A stretch of 64,000 bases of DNA from Utricularia gibba (Eukaryota > Plantae > Magnoliophyta), in the NCBI GenBank assembly GCA_002189035.1, contig NEEC01000010.1:620001-684000 (forward strand). Reading direction: 5' to 3'. A model generated the notes under the pieces. The model saw nothing but the letters and a program-made list of their open reading frames with translations. It was not told the DNA's origin and did no database searches. Position 1 is the stretch's first letter; the number at the start of each line of letters is the position of its first letter. Position numbers and translations under genes: made by a program. Shown here in pieces: positions 22,730 through 34,767 of the stretch.

Positions 22730-24230
22730 ATGCAATTAGCCCTTGCAGCAAAAAAACAAACTAGTGCTTGTGGATGGAATGGTAAAGCAACCAAACTCAC
22801 ACAATGCTGATTATGGAAAATGGTATAGGGTAGATGCCCTGGTTCGTTAATGGTTGCATAACGCTATTTCCCTAGAATTAGTGTCTACCTTTAAGAGTTT
22901 TGGAAGCACAAAGAAGACATGGAAAGTTCTTGACAAATACTATGGTAAGACGAATTCTTCATTGATGTGTGATATGCAGCAAGACTTGTCAAACTTCATT
23001 CAAGGAACAAGATCATTGTCTGAACACTTTACTCACGCTAGGTCATTGTTTAATGCCATTGATGCCTATATTTTTCTTATTCCACATGAACAACTTGCAA
23101 AAAATGTGTGGTTATGAGACTTGATATGCATCTTGGTCACTTTCTCCATGGACTTAATGATATATATCATGTTACCAATAACCACATTCTCACAATGGAA
23201 CCAATGCCTAGTCTAGACAAAACTTACTCATTATTGTTGAAAGTGGATGAGTCTAAACCAAGTAAACTGTTGGATGTTGAAATAGCATTGACAATCAAGG
23301 ATAGTACAACTATTCACCCAAAGCAAGAATTGAGAATGAAGCTTCAAAAAGGGTGGAGACCAATAACAAGTTTTGTGCCAAGTGCATTAAAAAGGAGATG
23401 ATAATGTTGAGTGTTATGCATGGATAAGTAAAAGGCCTTTATAATGGTTCAAATTGATGAGGAAAAAAGGCAAAACCATCCCTTCCCATTTTGAGCTTGT
23501 AGCTGCTGTGGGAGAAGACACATAAGGTTTTGAATATTTATTACCATAGATAATCTCTAATGACTTTGTCTTGTAGATGTCATAGGAACTCAAAAAAATT
23601 CTAGAAAAGCTCAAAATGGCAGATTTCGGAGAATTTTCAGGTATTACCTTTCCTTTTGCTTTTACATATCAATCTTGGATCATTAATACAAATGCAACAT
23701 CTCATATATGCTATGATCACTCCTTATTCACCGAAATGCAACCTTTGTCTCCTCTCATTTCCTTGTCTCATCCAAATAGCACTAGTCATCTAGTAACACA
23801 TTGTGGTATAATACCTATACATTCAACATTGCTTATCTATAATGTTTTATTTGTGCCTCAATCTAGTATAATTTGATTTCAGTTCAAAAAAATTGTTATT
23901 CTCATTCTTCTCAAACAATCTTCATTGGTTTTTGCTACATTTTGCAGGATAGAGTGTCTAAAAAGGTGTTAAGGTCTATTTATTTCCGCTTCATTAAAAA
24001 CACTTCAAAAAAAGTACTTCAAAAGTTGATAGAAGTGGGTATGAAACTGCTTCAAAAAAATTGAAGTGCTTCAATGTTTCTGCTTCAAAAAAAGCAGAAG
24101 CTGTTTCTATTTTCAATAAAAATCAATTCAAAACCACTTAATTTGAAGTAGAAGCTGAAATAAACAGACCTTTAGTTGTTGAGCGAAAACATGGAAATCT
24201 TTATCTCTTAGATCACAAGTTCTTTTTGCC
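22730..24230 (+). pseudogene. Ty1/copia gag-protease-(pre-integrase) remnant
   Basis: ALAAKNK..LVDG..P, WLHNAIS, SWIINTNATSHIC (copia protease WIxDTGATxH) and GNLYLLD. Many stops; no LTRs identified. Confidence 0.75.
23972..24171. mobile_element. 200-bp Tourist/PIF-Harbinger-type MITE
   Basis: 21-bp TIRs (AGGTCTATTTATTTCCGCTTC / GAAGCTGAAATAAACAGACCT, 2 mismatches). TTA TSD at 23969-23971 and 24172-24174. Internal GCTTCAAAAAA repeats. Confidence 0.88.
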
Positions 24231-25055
24231 AAATGTCTTCAACCTTTACCAAACAGTAGTGACTAATAGTATGAAGCATTGCTAAATTTTTTTTTTTGAG
24301 TTTGCCAATGTTTTGTTCAAAAATTCTGCAAATTTTAGTGGTTTAGCTAAAATTTAGATTTAAACTTATTGTGGCATGGTTGGGATACCAAGGCCAAATT
24401 TATGTCATTCCTATGGCTTTTGAAATCTATACCTTGTGATATTTGTCAATTTACCAAATTTAACAAACTACCATTTTTTGTGAGTTTCTCTAAAGCGTCC
24501 AAACTATTAGCACTTTTGTATTGTGACTTTTAAAGACTATATAAAACTTGAACAATCATTGGAGCACATGTTTCCTAACCATAATGGTGTACGCACCGCC
24601 CTAAATTTGAAGAGTCCATAATTTTTGAATCATTTGAGAAGTATTAGAATTGACTACCACTTTTCAGATTTTTGTTTGCTTTCAGCTTTTAGTATTTTTT
24701 GTGTTTTAGAATCAAGCATGTACATGAAAACACTTGCAACTAATGATCCTTGATGAGGTTTTGTTTGCACAAATCCAATTGTATGTATGTGATTGTTTTA
24801 CAATATTTTTTTATATTCAAATTGAGGTTTCATTTTATCTTACATAATATTTTGCTTGTTATATATTTTTTATTGCTACCAAACCCTAAGACATGTAAGA
24901 AAATTTAAGATTTTACCGAAGTAGATTAGAAAAAATATTCAATTATCGAGATTATAAAACTCAATGTATCAATAGAGTAATTTTATCTTCTATGATAATC
25001 TATGTTTTCCTCATATTCATTGTCAAAATATATTTAATCGATTATGTTTGTGAGT

Positions 25056-26690
25056 AGGGATGGAGCTATGAGGGAGTGGAGGGGGAAGGGGGTAGATAAT
25101 GGTTGTCGTTTTTAAAATGACATACTTGATTTAATTTCTATTTTTTAATGAGTATTGTATACTCTCAATATTGAATATCTATGAATTTTATTTGTCTTTA
25201 CATTGTGTAGGATTTTTATCATAAATCAAGTTAGGGTTGATATTATTTTCAAAGAAAGAAAGTCTAAAATAAAATGATGATTCTTCTAATCATCATGATA
25301 TTGTTATTGGAACTAATAGCACTTAATGTGATGAAGGTGAAGATATTTGCATCCTACAAATACTCAAATCAAATTGAAAGAGATCTTGGAAAATGTAAGA
25401 TGATATCACAATGCCTAATAAAAAAAATGGATGAGATTCAATGAGTTTATTGGAAACTTGGACCTTTTCAAATTGATTTGCCTAATTTGAAAAATAAAGG
25501 TTGGAAATTTTTTAGTACTTGGTATAAACTAAATATGCTTTTGGAGATGATAAGATACATAAATATATTTAATAGTAAAGTTATTGCTATTATCATTGAA
25601 AATGTTCCTAAAAATGGATCATATACTTCTTCTATAATTTAGAAAGAGATATTTTCTCTCAATGCAAGTAAAATTCAATTATTCATATGCTTAGAGATTC
25701 TTGCTTTGAAATTTTTATATTATGAATGAAACTCGAAATGAATCATAATATGATTTCTCTCTATGCATGTAGGGAGCAAGTGGCAATTGTGTTACAATTT
25801 GTAAATGGTGATGGTTTTGTTCAAAAAAGATTCTTTGATATTGTATATAAAAAATACTCAATCTACGATGTTAAAGAAAGAGATATGTAATTTTCTATCT
25901 GATCATAATATGAGCTTACAAGATATTCGAGTACAAGAATACGATGATGCTAGTAATATACATGGAGAGTGGAACAATTTGCAAACTTTGTTCTTTGATG
26001 AATGTCCTCATACATATTGTATTCATTGCATTCCTCATATATTACATTAGTATTGATAGAGACAACAAAGAGTATCATCCCTATTGAAAATTTCTTTTCA
26101 TATTGGGTTCCCATTTTAAATCTCTTGTTAGACTAATTGAAATGTTTGATCCAATTATTCATGTGTTAGAAGATATAACAAGCGATGAGCGCTTTGTTTC
26201 ATCAACATCATCAACTAAAGGAGCTTGCGAGATAATATTGTCTCTTGAATTTGTGTTTATCTTTCATTTTATGATAGAACTATTAGGTAGGACAAAAGAT
26301 TTATGTAGAATATTACAGTATTGAGATCAAGATATCTTAAATGCTATTGATTTAATTGAACATGCTAAAGAAATCATTCATGGTTTCCAAAGAAAATGGA
26401 TGGAATGAATTATTATAAAATGAGAATAAGTTTTGTATGACTCAAGATATAGATATTCTTGATATGAATGTTATTTGTCAATCAAGTAAAAGTTGTCCTT
26501 GAAAATCTTGTTCTATTACATTTGAATATTAGTATCAGTTTAAGTTATTTACATGCATTATAGACTGCATTAGTATTCAACCTTGAACCCTAAAGGTAGT
26601 TATGAATCATGGGATTTCCTCAAAATTTATCAATTAGTTAAAAATTTCTATCTAGGTGATGTTATAGATCAAGACAAGATACATTTCAGA
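25056..26690 (+). mobile_element. hAT transposase remnant (ZMYM1/DUF4371 type)
   Basis: LKKEICNFLSDHNMSLQDIRVQEYDDASNIHGEWNNLQTLFFDECPHTYCIHC resembles RGQGYDGASNMRGEWNGLQ..YVHC. FHFMIELLGRTKDLCRILQ. TIR-like AGGGATGGAGCTA at 25056; right end not found. Confidence 0.75.
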
Positions 26691-28080
26691 TACTAAATGG
26701 AGTCTAAACCATAGATTACAATCGTTGGCCCTCTACAAAATCCTGCCTACATAGAGCTAAGCATCGAATTATGAGAAAAACATGAATTATCATGGAAGAT
26801 AAAATTACTTTGGTGATATGGTTAGTTTTATAATCTCAGTAAATGAGAGATAATGCTATAAGGGTTACCTAATATTAAATGCGTCGAAAATCAACATTGT
26901 ACGATAAAGATGAAAAAGGATAAAAAGAGATAAAAAAAACACCCAATGACAAGAGTCAAAGTCAAAAGACGGCATAAAGATGGAGGAATAAACTGGAAAA
27001 ATCGGTTACAGAACCTAAATCAGGCTACAAGGAGCTTCTCACCACAAATTGGTCTACAAGCAATAAATCGGCTACACGTTAAGAAGAGGATAGAAAAGAG
27101 ATAGTGTCAGCCTCCAGCCGTTCGAAGGTAGTCTGAAAGGACCAACCTACAAGAATTCAGAGCAAAAGATGGTTATTTATCAATGAAGACTACCAACAAG
27201 ATCAAGCAAATTCCATCAAGTAAAGCAGTTGATCCTCTCAGAATCGATTGAGTAGGTCTCCCTTATAAATATGAGCTCAATTTATGAGAAAAGAGTTTCT
27301 TCCTTTTTCGCAACCTATAGAATTCGCTCCTCTTCTTCTACAGTGAAACCTTCTTTTCTAGTGAGCTCCATAGTTTCATGGTTTTTCGACACGAATTATA
27401 GATTCAAACTAATCAAAAATAAAATCTAGGTTAAGTAAATCTAATTATAGATTTACCCTCTTGGAAATTGACGAATCATCCTATATCTGATTTCTAACCA
27501 CAATAAGTAATATTACTTAAAAATGGCATTTTTAAAAAATTACGTACACAAGTTGATTATTGTGATTTACCAACACATCGGGCAAGTTTGTGTACTAGTG
27601 GAGTTTTGATCAAGTCATTATTTTATATCTGTTAAGTGTCATTTTTTCACTATGTTTTAGGTTGTTTTTATGTCTAAATGTGATTAAAGTTGTTTAGTTA
27701 AGAGTTTATAATATAAGATTTAGGTTTTTATCTAGTATAGAGTACTTTTCCTAAATCTTGTATTTTATCTAATATTTTGTCTAGTTTTCTTCAAGTTTTT
27801 TTAGAGGCGCACATGTGACAGGAAGTGAGAGAAAGAAGGTGATAGATGGTGACAAAATGCATCTTCTCAAATTGACATCTTCTGATTTTATCAGTGGCGG
27901 CCGTTTAGGACAGACTGAAAAGTAGCCGAATTGCGGCAATAGCAAGGCAGACGGCAGTTATCTGAATGCAAAATCACAATGTGTACAACAGGCACAGAAA
28001 GCAGTCGACACATGCTGAGCTCAGAATTCGGTCAAGCTCAACTCACCTACAAATAGTGGAAGGGACGGGAACTCCAAGCC

Positions 28081-29365
28081 TGTTGCGTGTCGTTTCCTCA
28101 ACAAATTTTAAATATTTAAAAGGTAAAACACAAAAGAGCATAGTACGAATATCGATCTCAGGGAGTTGTTTTTCGTGAAAAGTGTTTTGTAAGAAACTTC
28201 TACAAAATGTCACGGTTTTGTAAAAGGAGATTTGTGAAATGCAGAAAGAAAAGTTACAACCTAGGTGATAGGCCTTAACTACGAGACACAGTTCCTGGGA
28301 ATGAGATTCCATCTCCTACCTTTGTCTATTCTCGCCTCGATTTTCACTGATTTCTTTCGAATAGCTGATTTTAGGAGCAAAGAATAGTCTAATATCCCTT
28401 CCACTCTGATTGACAAGGAGGCAAGGGAATAGCCTCATGTGATTCCCCCTTGGACGATTAAGAAGACAAGAGGATTGCCTTTGATTGCCTTCAAAACCGA
28501 ATTGCGCGCGTGTGCCCAGCTGTTGCCAATAGCCAATGGTAGGCTTGAGGTCACAACCTATCCACTGTCGCGGTACCTAGGCCACAAACAATCCGCTACT
28601 TCCCTCCAACCAGTAGGGTTGGAGTTGGTGCTCTTCACCTTGATTTTCACCAAAATTCATGAGGAGTGGCCAGCTACTCATGGACCTAAACTAGGAGTCA
28701 TTACAGAAAGACTGCAACAAGATGCGTGAAAGTATGTGAAATCCAATATGAATTCAGCGAAGAACAGAGTGTATTGCTCAAGACTTGGAAGGAAACTTCA
28801 TCTTCTCTCATAAACTAAAAGGTTTTAGCCACAAAGGATCATGAAAACAGAAATGAAATTGGAAACTAAGTGTTCTTCCTCCTTGAAAGGGAGGAAGAAC
28901 TCAAAAGTCCTAAGTCTAGAAAGGAAATGGCAAAAGTCTAAGAGTAAGTGTTCCAAGTTGCTTTTAGATCACTCCCCATGTGCATTAACTCTTTTGGGTC
29001 CCCTTCCTATCATTCCTTCTATCTTGCGTGCAAGTTAGCACCACTAGCTTTCCTTTGCGTGCAAGTTAGCATCCAATCATTTCTGCAGACTCTGACATGC
29101 CGTAAGTCAGGGGCCTTGACCAATGTCAGTCTTCCGCCCACAATTATTTCAAGTCACCTAAAAGACACGAAAAGTGAGAGTCTAACCTCCTGCAACACTC
29201 CATGACTACCTCCGTACATGTCTTGGTCAAACTGTGCAAAAAAGACAAAGAAAACCTAATAAATAACTTATCAATATAATTCCTAATTGTGCGACTTAAT
29301 ACATAATTAATACATAATTAACACATAATAATACCTAATAAATAACTAATAAATAACACTTAACA
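28081..29365. mobile_element. 1285-bp solo LTR inserted in the 5' Tat LTR
   Basis: TGTTG...TAACA termini. Perfect TSD AAGCC at 28076-28080 and 29366-29370. The empty site ACTCCAAGCCCTCCAACC is present in the 3' LTR. Confidence 0.92.
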
Positions 29366-30129
29366 AAGCCCTCCAACCTATATTTTCTCTCCTCTAACGT
29401 CTAGTGAAAACCATTTTTCCGGCGAGCTCCGACAACTCCCTAGTTTTTCCGTTCTCCGACGATTTCCACGTAAAAAATCTTTGTCTCTCTCTATTTCTGT
29501 TAACCGCATCAAGCAAAGCATTTGAACCGCGACTGGATATGGCGCGTCCGGCTGTATTTGTGACCCAAAAATCGGCTCCCGTTAGAATACCAATTTTTTA
29601 TTAAACCCATGCATCCATCATACGGATAAGCCCTGGTACAATTTGGGCACCGGCTTCCATAAGCCGTTCGTGCAAGCCCCGAGAAAGCCTAGTAAAGTTC
29701 TTGATGCCGAATCTCGAGACGGTAAGCGCACCCGAAGCAGATCTGGCTATGTCCCGAAAGCATAAATATTTGGCCAGAAGAGGGCCAATTCGGATTGGGG
29801 ATGTAACTTAGCCCAAGAGGGGTTCCGAGTTACATCCTTAGCAGCGGTCTCGCACGCGTAAGAAACGACTTAGGAAAAAAAGCCCAGCCAAGTGACTGGC
29901 AAATCACGCCTTTGACAAATCGGAAAAATCGATGAAGGCAAGGGCAATATGCAAAAAGCTAACTGGAAGAAAAAACCCCGAATCGGGGACAAAAACATCC
30001 ATCTCCAAAGAGAGAAACTAAGATTCAGGAAGGGGTTCTGTTGAGGGGCCAACAAGCCCTTTGAGCCTCACTCTCACCTTGACTTCGTTCTCTCACTGAA
30101 TCCTTGCCCAAATCAGCGCTATTAGGCAC

Positions 30130-32265
30130 TCCAGATCTACTTCAAACCCGAATTTCGGGGCTTGACATGCCCGCGATCACATCCAGCATGTTTTCATCCC
30201 TCGTCAGAGGGTTGATCCTATTGAAGCAACGATAGGTGATCGATAGCTCAAATTCCTGGCTGAATTGACGCCTTTGCCAGCACAAGAGTAGGCCGATTAG
30301 ATCTCCAGTGTAGATATTGGATAGCTCGGAGAAGCAAGCCAAGTTGACGAAGTCGTCCAAAAGCCCCTATCGAGATGCTTCTTGATTAAGCAATTCAGCT
30401 TCCAAAGCCAAAACACGGTCTCTGGCATGCTTTAACTCTGCCTCCACCTCCTTGAACCTCACTTTGAAGCTCTCCTTTTTGGAGTAGGCATCATTGATCG
30501 CCTTCCCCATTTCGTCGATCACGTTCTGCAACTCTTCCTCCCATCGAGTACACTTTCCGAGAACAGTCCTCAGCGAACTCCCTTCCCCTTCTAGTAACTT
30601 TATCTTGGCGTTTTGAGCCGCCACATGAGCTTGAAGCCGAGAAGCCTCCTCCGAATGAGACCCAATCTCCTTCGCCATCCCCTTGCCAAAGGTTAAAGCA
30701 TAGGAAGAAACCACCAAGTAAGAGATTGATTGTATACAACTCCGAGAAAGGAAGAGAAGAATACCTGCCAGATCCCCTTAAGTATAATGTCTCGCTGAAC
30801 CCCTGAGAGACTCGGGGTCACTTCCTCTAGAGCCCTTTGCAACTTGGGAGGAACCGAAGACGGGGAAGGGCGGGATCTTCCCTTAACTCCATTGGAGGAG
30901 GAGAATCCCTCCGTGTCTCGTTAGAAGGGGCATATGTAGAGGCACCAGCCGAAAAGGCCCGTGCCGAGAATCAAAACTCCGACAGGCTCAGGAGAAGGGA
31001 AAAGTTTTCCCTTTCCCTTTCCAGTTGGGGGAGGAGGTTGTTCCCGAGTTCCGAAAACCTCAATGACTTGATCCCCCTCCGAGGAGTGATCGGCAGCATC
31101 CGAGTGAACTTCAGATGAGTCGGCCTAGAAGAGAAGTTAAAAGGTTAGAAACGGAGATCCGTAGCAACGGATCACAAAAACCAAGCAAACCTGCACATAG
31201 GGGGCCGCGTCTGATTCCTGCATCCGGCGCATCTCGGTAGAAAAATGTGCCATCACCGAATCCTCCAAAGCAATTCTCCTTGCCATCTTCTCAACTGCAC
31301 AGCAGATCAAAACATATGACGATAACAGCAAGGGTCTCATGGCTAGGAGAACATTAAGGGCTACCTTTCCGTTTTTTCGAGGGTTTCTGAGTGTAGACTT
31401 TATCCTCTTTTTCTTTGGAGCTAAGGGCTGAGCGGAAGGCTCGGGAACAAAATCGGTGGAAACAGGGATAACTGGATCAGCAACGGAAGGGGCATCTGAA
31501 TTAGGATTCAGATTGGAGGGAGATTGAAGAAGATGCTGGAACTCCAATTCGGATCCCTCATGGATAATAAAATCTGTCCACTGACTATCTCGGTTGCGAC
31601 CTTGAACACCACAGCTTATCAAAGATTCCCGAGAAAGCATTAAGGCTCGGGACTCAAACTTGGCAGTGCATCCACCAAGTTTCCAGTATACATCCCTACG
31701 AGACTCGTTAGAGGGACGAAAACAACCGAAGAGCTTCACTTTGAAAGGAGTGGAGTATTTAATCGGAAAGTTCCATCTTGCCCCTAACGAAGGAGCAACC
31801 CAAATAAAAGAGACCACCAATTATGATGGGTATCGGGAGCTTTTAAAACGAAATTGGGGTGGTCCTCAAATCGGTGAAATTGAAAGTGGGAAAAACCGTG
31901 CATTGGGCATTTGGCTTTGCGGACTGCAACTTTGAAGAGTCGGAAAAAATCTACTAGTGTCATATTTGGATCTAGGCCTACCGAATAAAAGAGGAAAGTG
32001 GTAAAACAGAATATCGAGTGGGGAAAGGAAAAAGAGCGGTACGACAAACATGTTCAAACATTGGATGATAGGGGGGGTGGAGGGGAAAGCGAAGACCGCT
32101 TTCCAGATAAGCTATGGGAATCGGAAGATTGAAACGGGGAAGGGGTCGTTCTCCCGTTCCCCAAGGTATCTGGCTATCCCTGGCTTGACTGATGATGTAC
32201 TCATCTGGGATCGAGTATTTAGACCGAATAGCGGAGATGTTCAATTCACTGGATTTCCTACCCAT
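30130..32265 (-). pseudogene. Antisense extra ORF of the Tat element: Transposase_28-like domain, NLS-like motif, coiled coil; frameshifted
   Basis: ATG 32265; IRSKYSIPDEY, YLESGLRFPLHP, PKKKRIK, GKGKGK, C-terminal heptad-rich segment. Two phase-0 GT-AG introns. 3' end approximate. Confidence 0.75.
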
Positions 32266-32523
32266 CTCGGACAAAGAGAATTGGGAATGAGGGGAGCTCA
32301 GAACGAAAAAAGCCCTAGGAGAAAACGGAGGCCCAGAAGGGTACCCGAATCCCTGAAACTGAGCGAAAAAGAAGAAGAATAGACTAGTACCTGAGAAAAC
32401 TGTGATTTCTGGTAGGTTTCATGGTCGCAAATGCGACGGACGAGTGCGAGAGGACGTGAGAAAACACAGGAATCTCGTAGGTGAACAGAGAAAGCAAAAG
32501 GGAGAAATGGCGGGAGTAGCATG

Positions 32524-32531
32524 TATTTATA
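32524..32531 (-). promoter_or_regulatory. TATA box of the antisense ORF
   Basis: Minus strand CCTATAAATAC followed by a pyrimidine-rich patch, ~260 bp above the ATG. Confidence 0.55.
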
Positions 32532-34767
32532 GGAGAGATATTCGGAAGACAAATGGCACGTCGTTTGATGTACCCAAAATGAGCGGAAAAAAATGTGGAG
32601 CGCTCAGGAGATGATGCGTGGCATAGAGGTTGGTTTAAATCGGATTGGAACTTATTCATGGGGATCAGCATGCCTGATAGTGATGTAGTAGTGATTCTGA
32701 TTCACCGATTTACCCCGAGGGGCCAATATCGATAAATCAGAGAGGCTAAATGATGCGGTCTAAATCGGACTTGGTTAGTCGATCTCTGAAAAGTAGCCAA
32801 AAGGTGTTGTGGCACCCTGGTGCAGGCCGACAAAACGATAATTGTTAGGGTTTGTCAGCGGCGGCTGTTTTGAACAGATTGAAAAGTAACCGAATTATGG
32901 CAATAGCAGGGCAGGCGGCGGTTATCTGAATGCAGAACCACTATGTGTACAACAAGCACAGAAAGTAGCCAACACATGTAGAGCTCAGAATTCGGTTAGG
33001 CTCAACTCACCTACAAATGTGAGAGACATGATAGTGGAAGGGATGGGAACTCCAAGCCCTCCAACCTGTATTTTCCCTCCTCTTACGTCTAGTGAAAACC
33101 ATTTTTCCGACGAGCTCCGACAGCTCCGTGGTTTTTCCGTTCTCCGAAGGTTTCCACGTAAAAAATCCTTGTCTCTCTCTATTTCTGTTAACCACATCAA
33201 GCAAAGCATTTAAACCGCGACCGGATACGGCGCATCCGACCGTATTTGTGACCCGAAAATTCGTGTCCCATCAGAATACCGATTTTTGCCCTCAACAGTA
33301 CAAGTGTGAGAACATAAGCTTCCTTGCAAGCCACTCCAAGTCACAGTAGGACTAACGAGACACGAAAAGTCAAACTTTCATTGAAGTTTAGTTTAGTTTA
33401 GACGAGGAGATATGAATTCGAGTGTTAGTTTAGACTTTATTTGTTTCTCTAGAGGATTTTCCTCTAGCTTATCTCTGAAACTTTATTTTCATTTCCTTAG
33501 TTTGTATGACCGTTCATGACTAGAAACTTCCGTTTCTAGGTTGGGATACTCAAAAATCTATGTTTCATTAGTTTATCTTTATCTCTTCTTTGAATCTAAA
33601 CGGGTTTCATATATCTTTACATGACTATGTTACAGTCTTTCTATAACAATCTCTTTATTCAAGATTTATCGTTAGCTGATCACTACCTACGAGTTTTGAA
33701 GAGGATCAAGATGGAGAGCACCAACTCATTTCCTTTTGCCAGGAGAGAGACAATGTTTTATCTATGACCGTACCTCATGATCAATGCACAGATTGTCACG
33801 TCGTTTTGACTCATTGGGTCATTGGCAGCACTCGGGTATACGCGCGCAATTCAGCTGTGAGGGTACGCTGGCAGGACCTCTTATCTTCAACTCCATGTAC
33901 TTGATACTTATACTACGCTTTTGTGTTTTACGAGTTTTAAAAATATTAAATTTTTTTGCGGAAACAACCCGCATCAATATCTTATAAAATATGTAAATAA
34001 TCAATTGCTTATGAGGATGATCTTTTTTATTAATTCAATAGCTTATATGCATTTGCATAATTGTCATTAATCTTTATCTCCATGACACTATTACACATGG
34101 TAAATAGAAAAATGACACAATATATGATAAAATATCAATTATTTTCAATAGTTGAGATAAAATAATAATAGATTTATAAATTAGTATAATATGAAAACTT
34201 GTAAAAAATACAATATTTTACCCATTTATTTTAAAAGCAAGAGTGTTATGCTACTAATTATTGTATTTTGTAAAGTAAAATAAAAGAGTTACTATTTTGA
34301 AAAACAAATAAAAAATTAATTTATTTTTTCAATTAAATTAAAAGCTAAATTATTTGGTAAATTATCTAAAGAATTAAAATATTTTGGAAAGTAAATAAAA
34401 AGTTGAGGTATTCTAAAAATTATGCTAATTTTCTCTTTTTGAGGCCAATAACAATTAATAAAAAATAAAAGAAAAACAAGAGTTGTGAGTTGAGATTGAA
34501 ATCCACCATTTATCGATAATTTTTTTATGTGTATAGTTTACAAGTCGAGTGAATTGCAATTTGAATAATGCCGCTTTCACATGAAATATGACATTTTTCG
34601 TTTTGTGGGTAAATGTTAATACACCTGAGTTGGAATTGGAAAGGGAGAGGCGAGGCCCCCTTTGATCTGGACCTGGCCTGGTACGAGAGGGAAGGCAAAC
34701 ACCGAACAGCTGGATTCTCTAGCACTTGAATCCCAAGGGCCACTCGTTTCAACTGGAGCCGCATCCG

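Larger units (their letters stand above)
27886..33297 (+). mobile_element. Non-autonomous Tat/Retand-like Ty3/gypsy element without gag-pol
   Basis: 5' LTR ~27886-29599 (5'-truncated, interrupted). 3' LTR 32751-33297 (TGATG...CAACA), preceded by purine tract CAGAGAGGCTAAA. LTRs ~86% identical by eye. No PBS, gag or pol seen in the interior. Confidence 0.8.
27580..33976 (+). mobile_element. Old Athila-like solo LTR split by the Tat element (parts ~27580-27885 and 33298-33976)
   Basis: LTR-start-like AAGTTTGTGTACTAGTGGAGTTTTGAT (cf. 5095 minus strand) and LTR-end-like ...CCCGCATCA. Continuity of the two parts is inferred. Confidence 0.35.

Noticed and set aside
26880-27510. Possible additional solo LTR
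   Set aside because: LTR-like composition (TATAAATA, pyrimidine patch), but I could not define termini, a TSD or a second copy.
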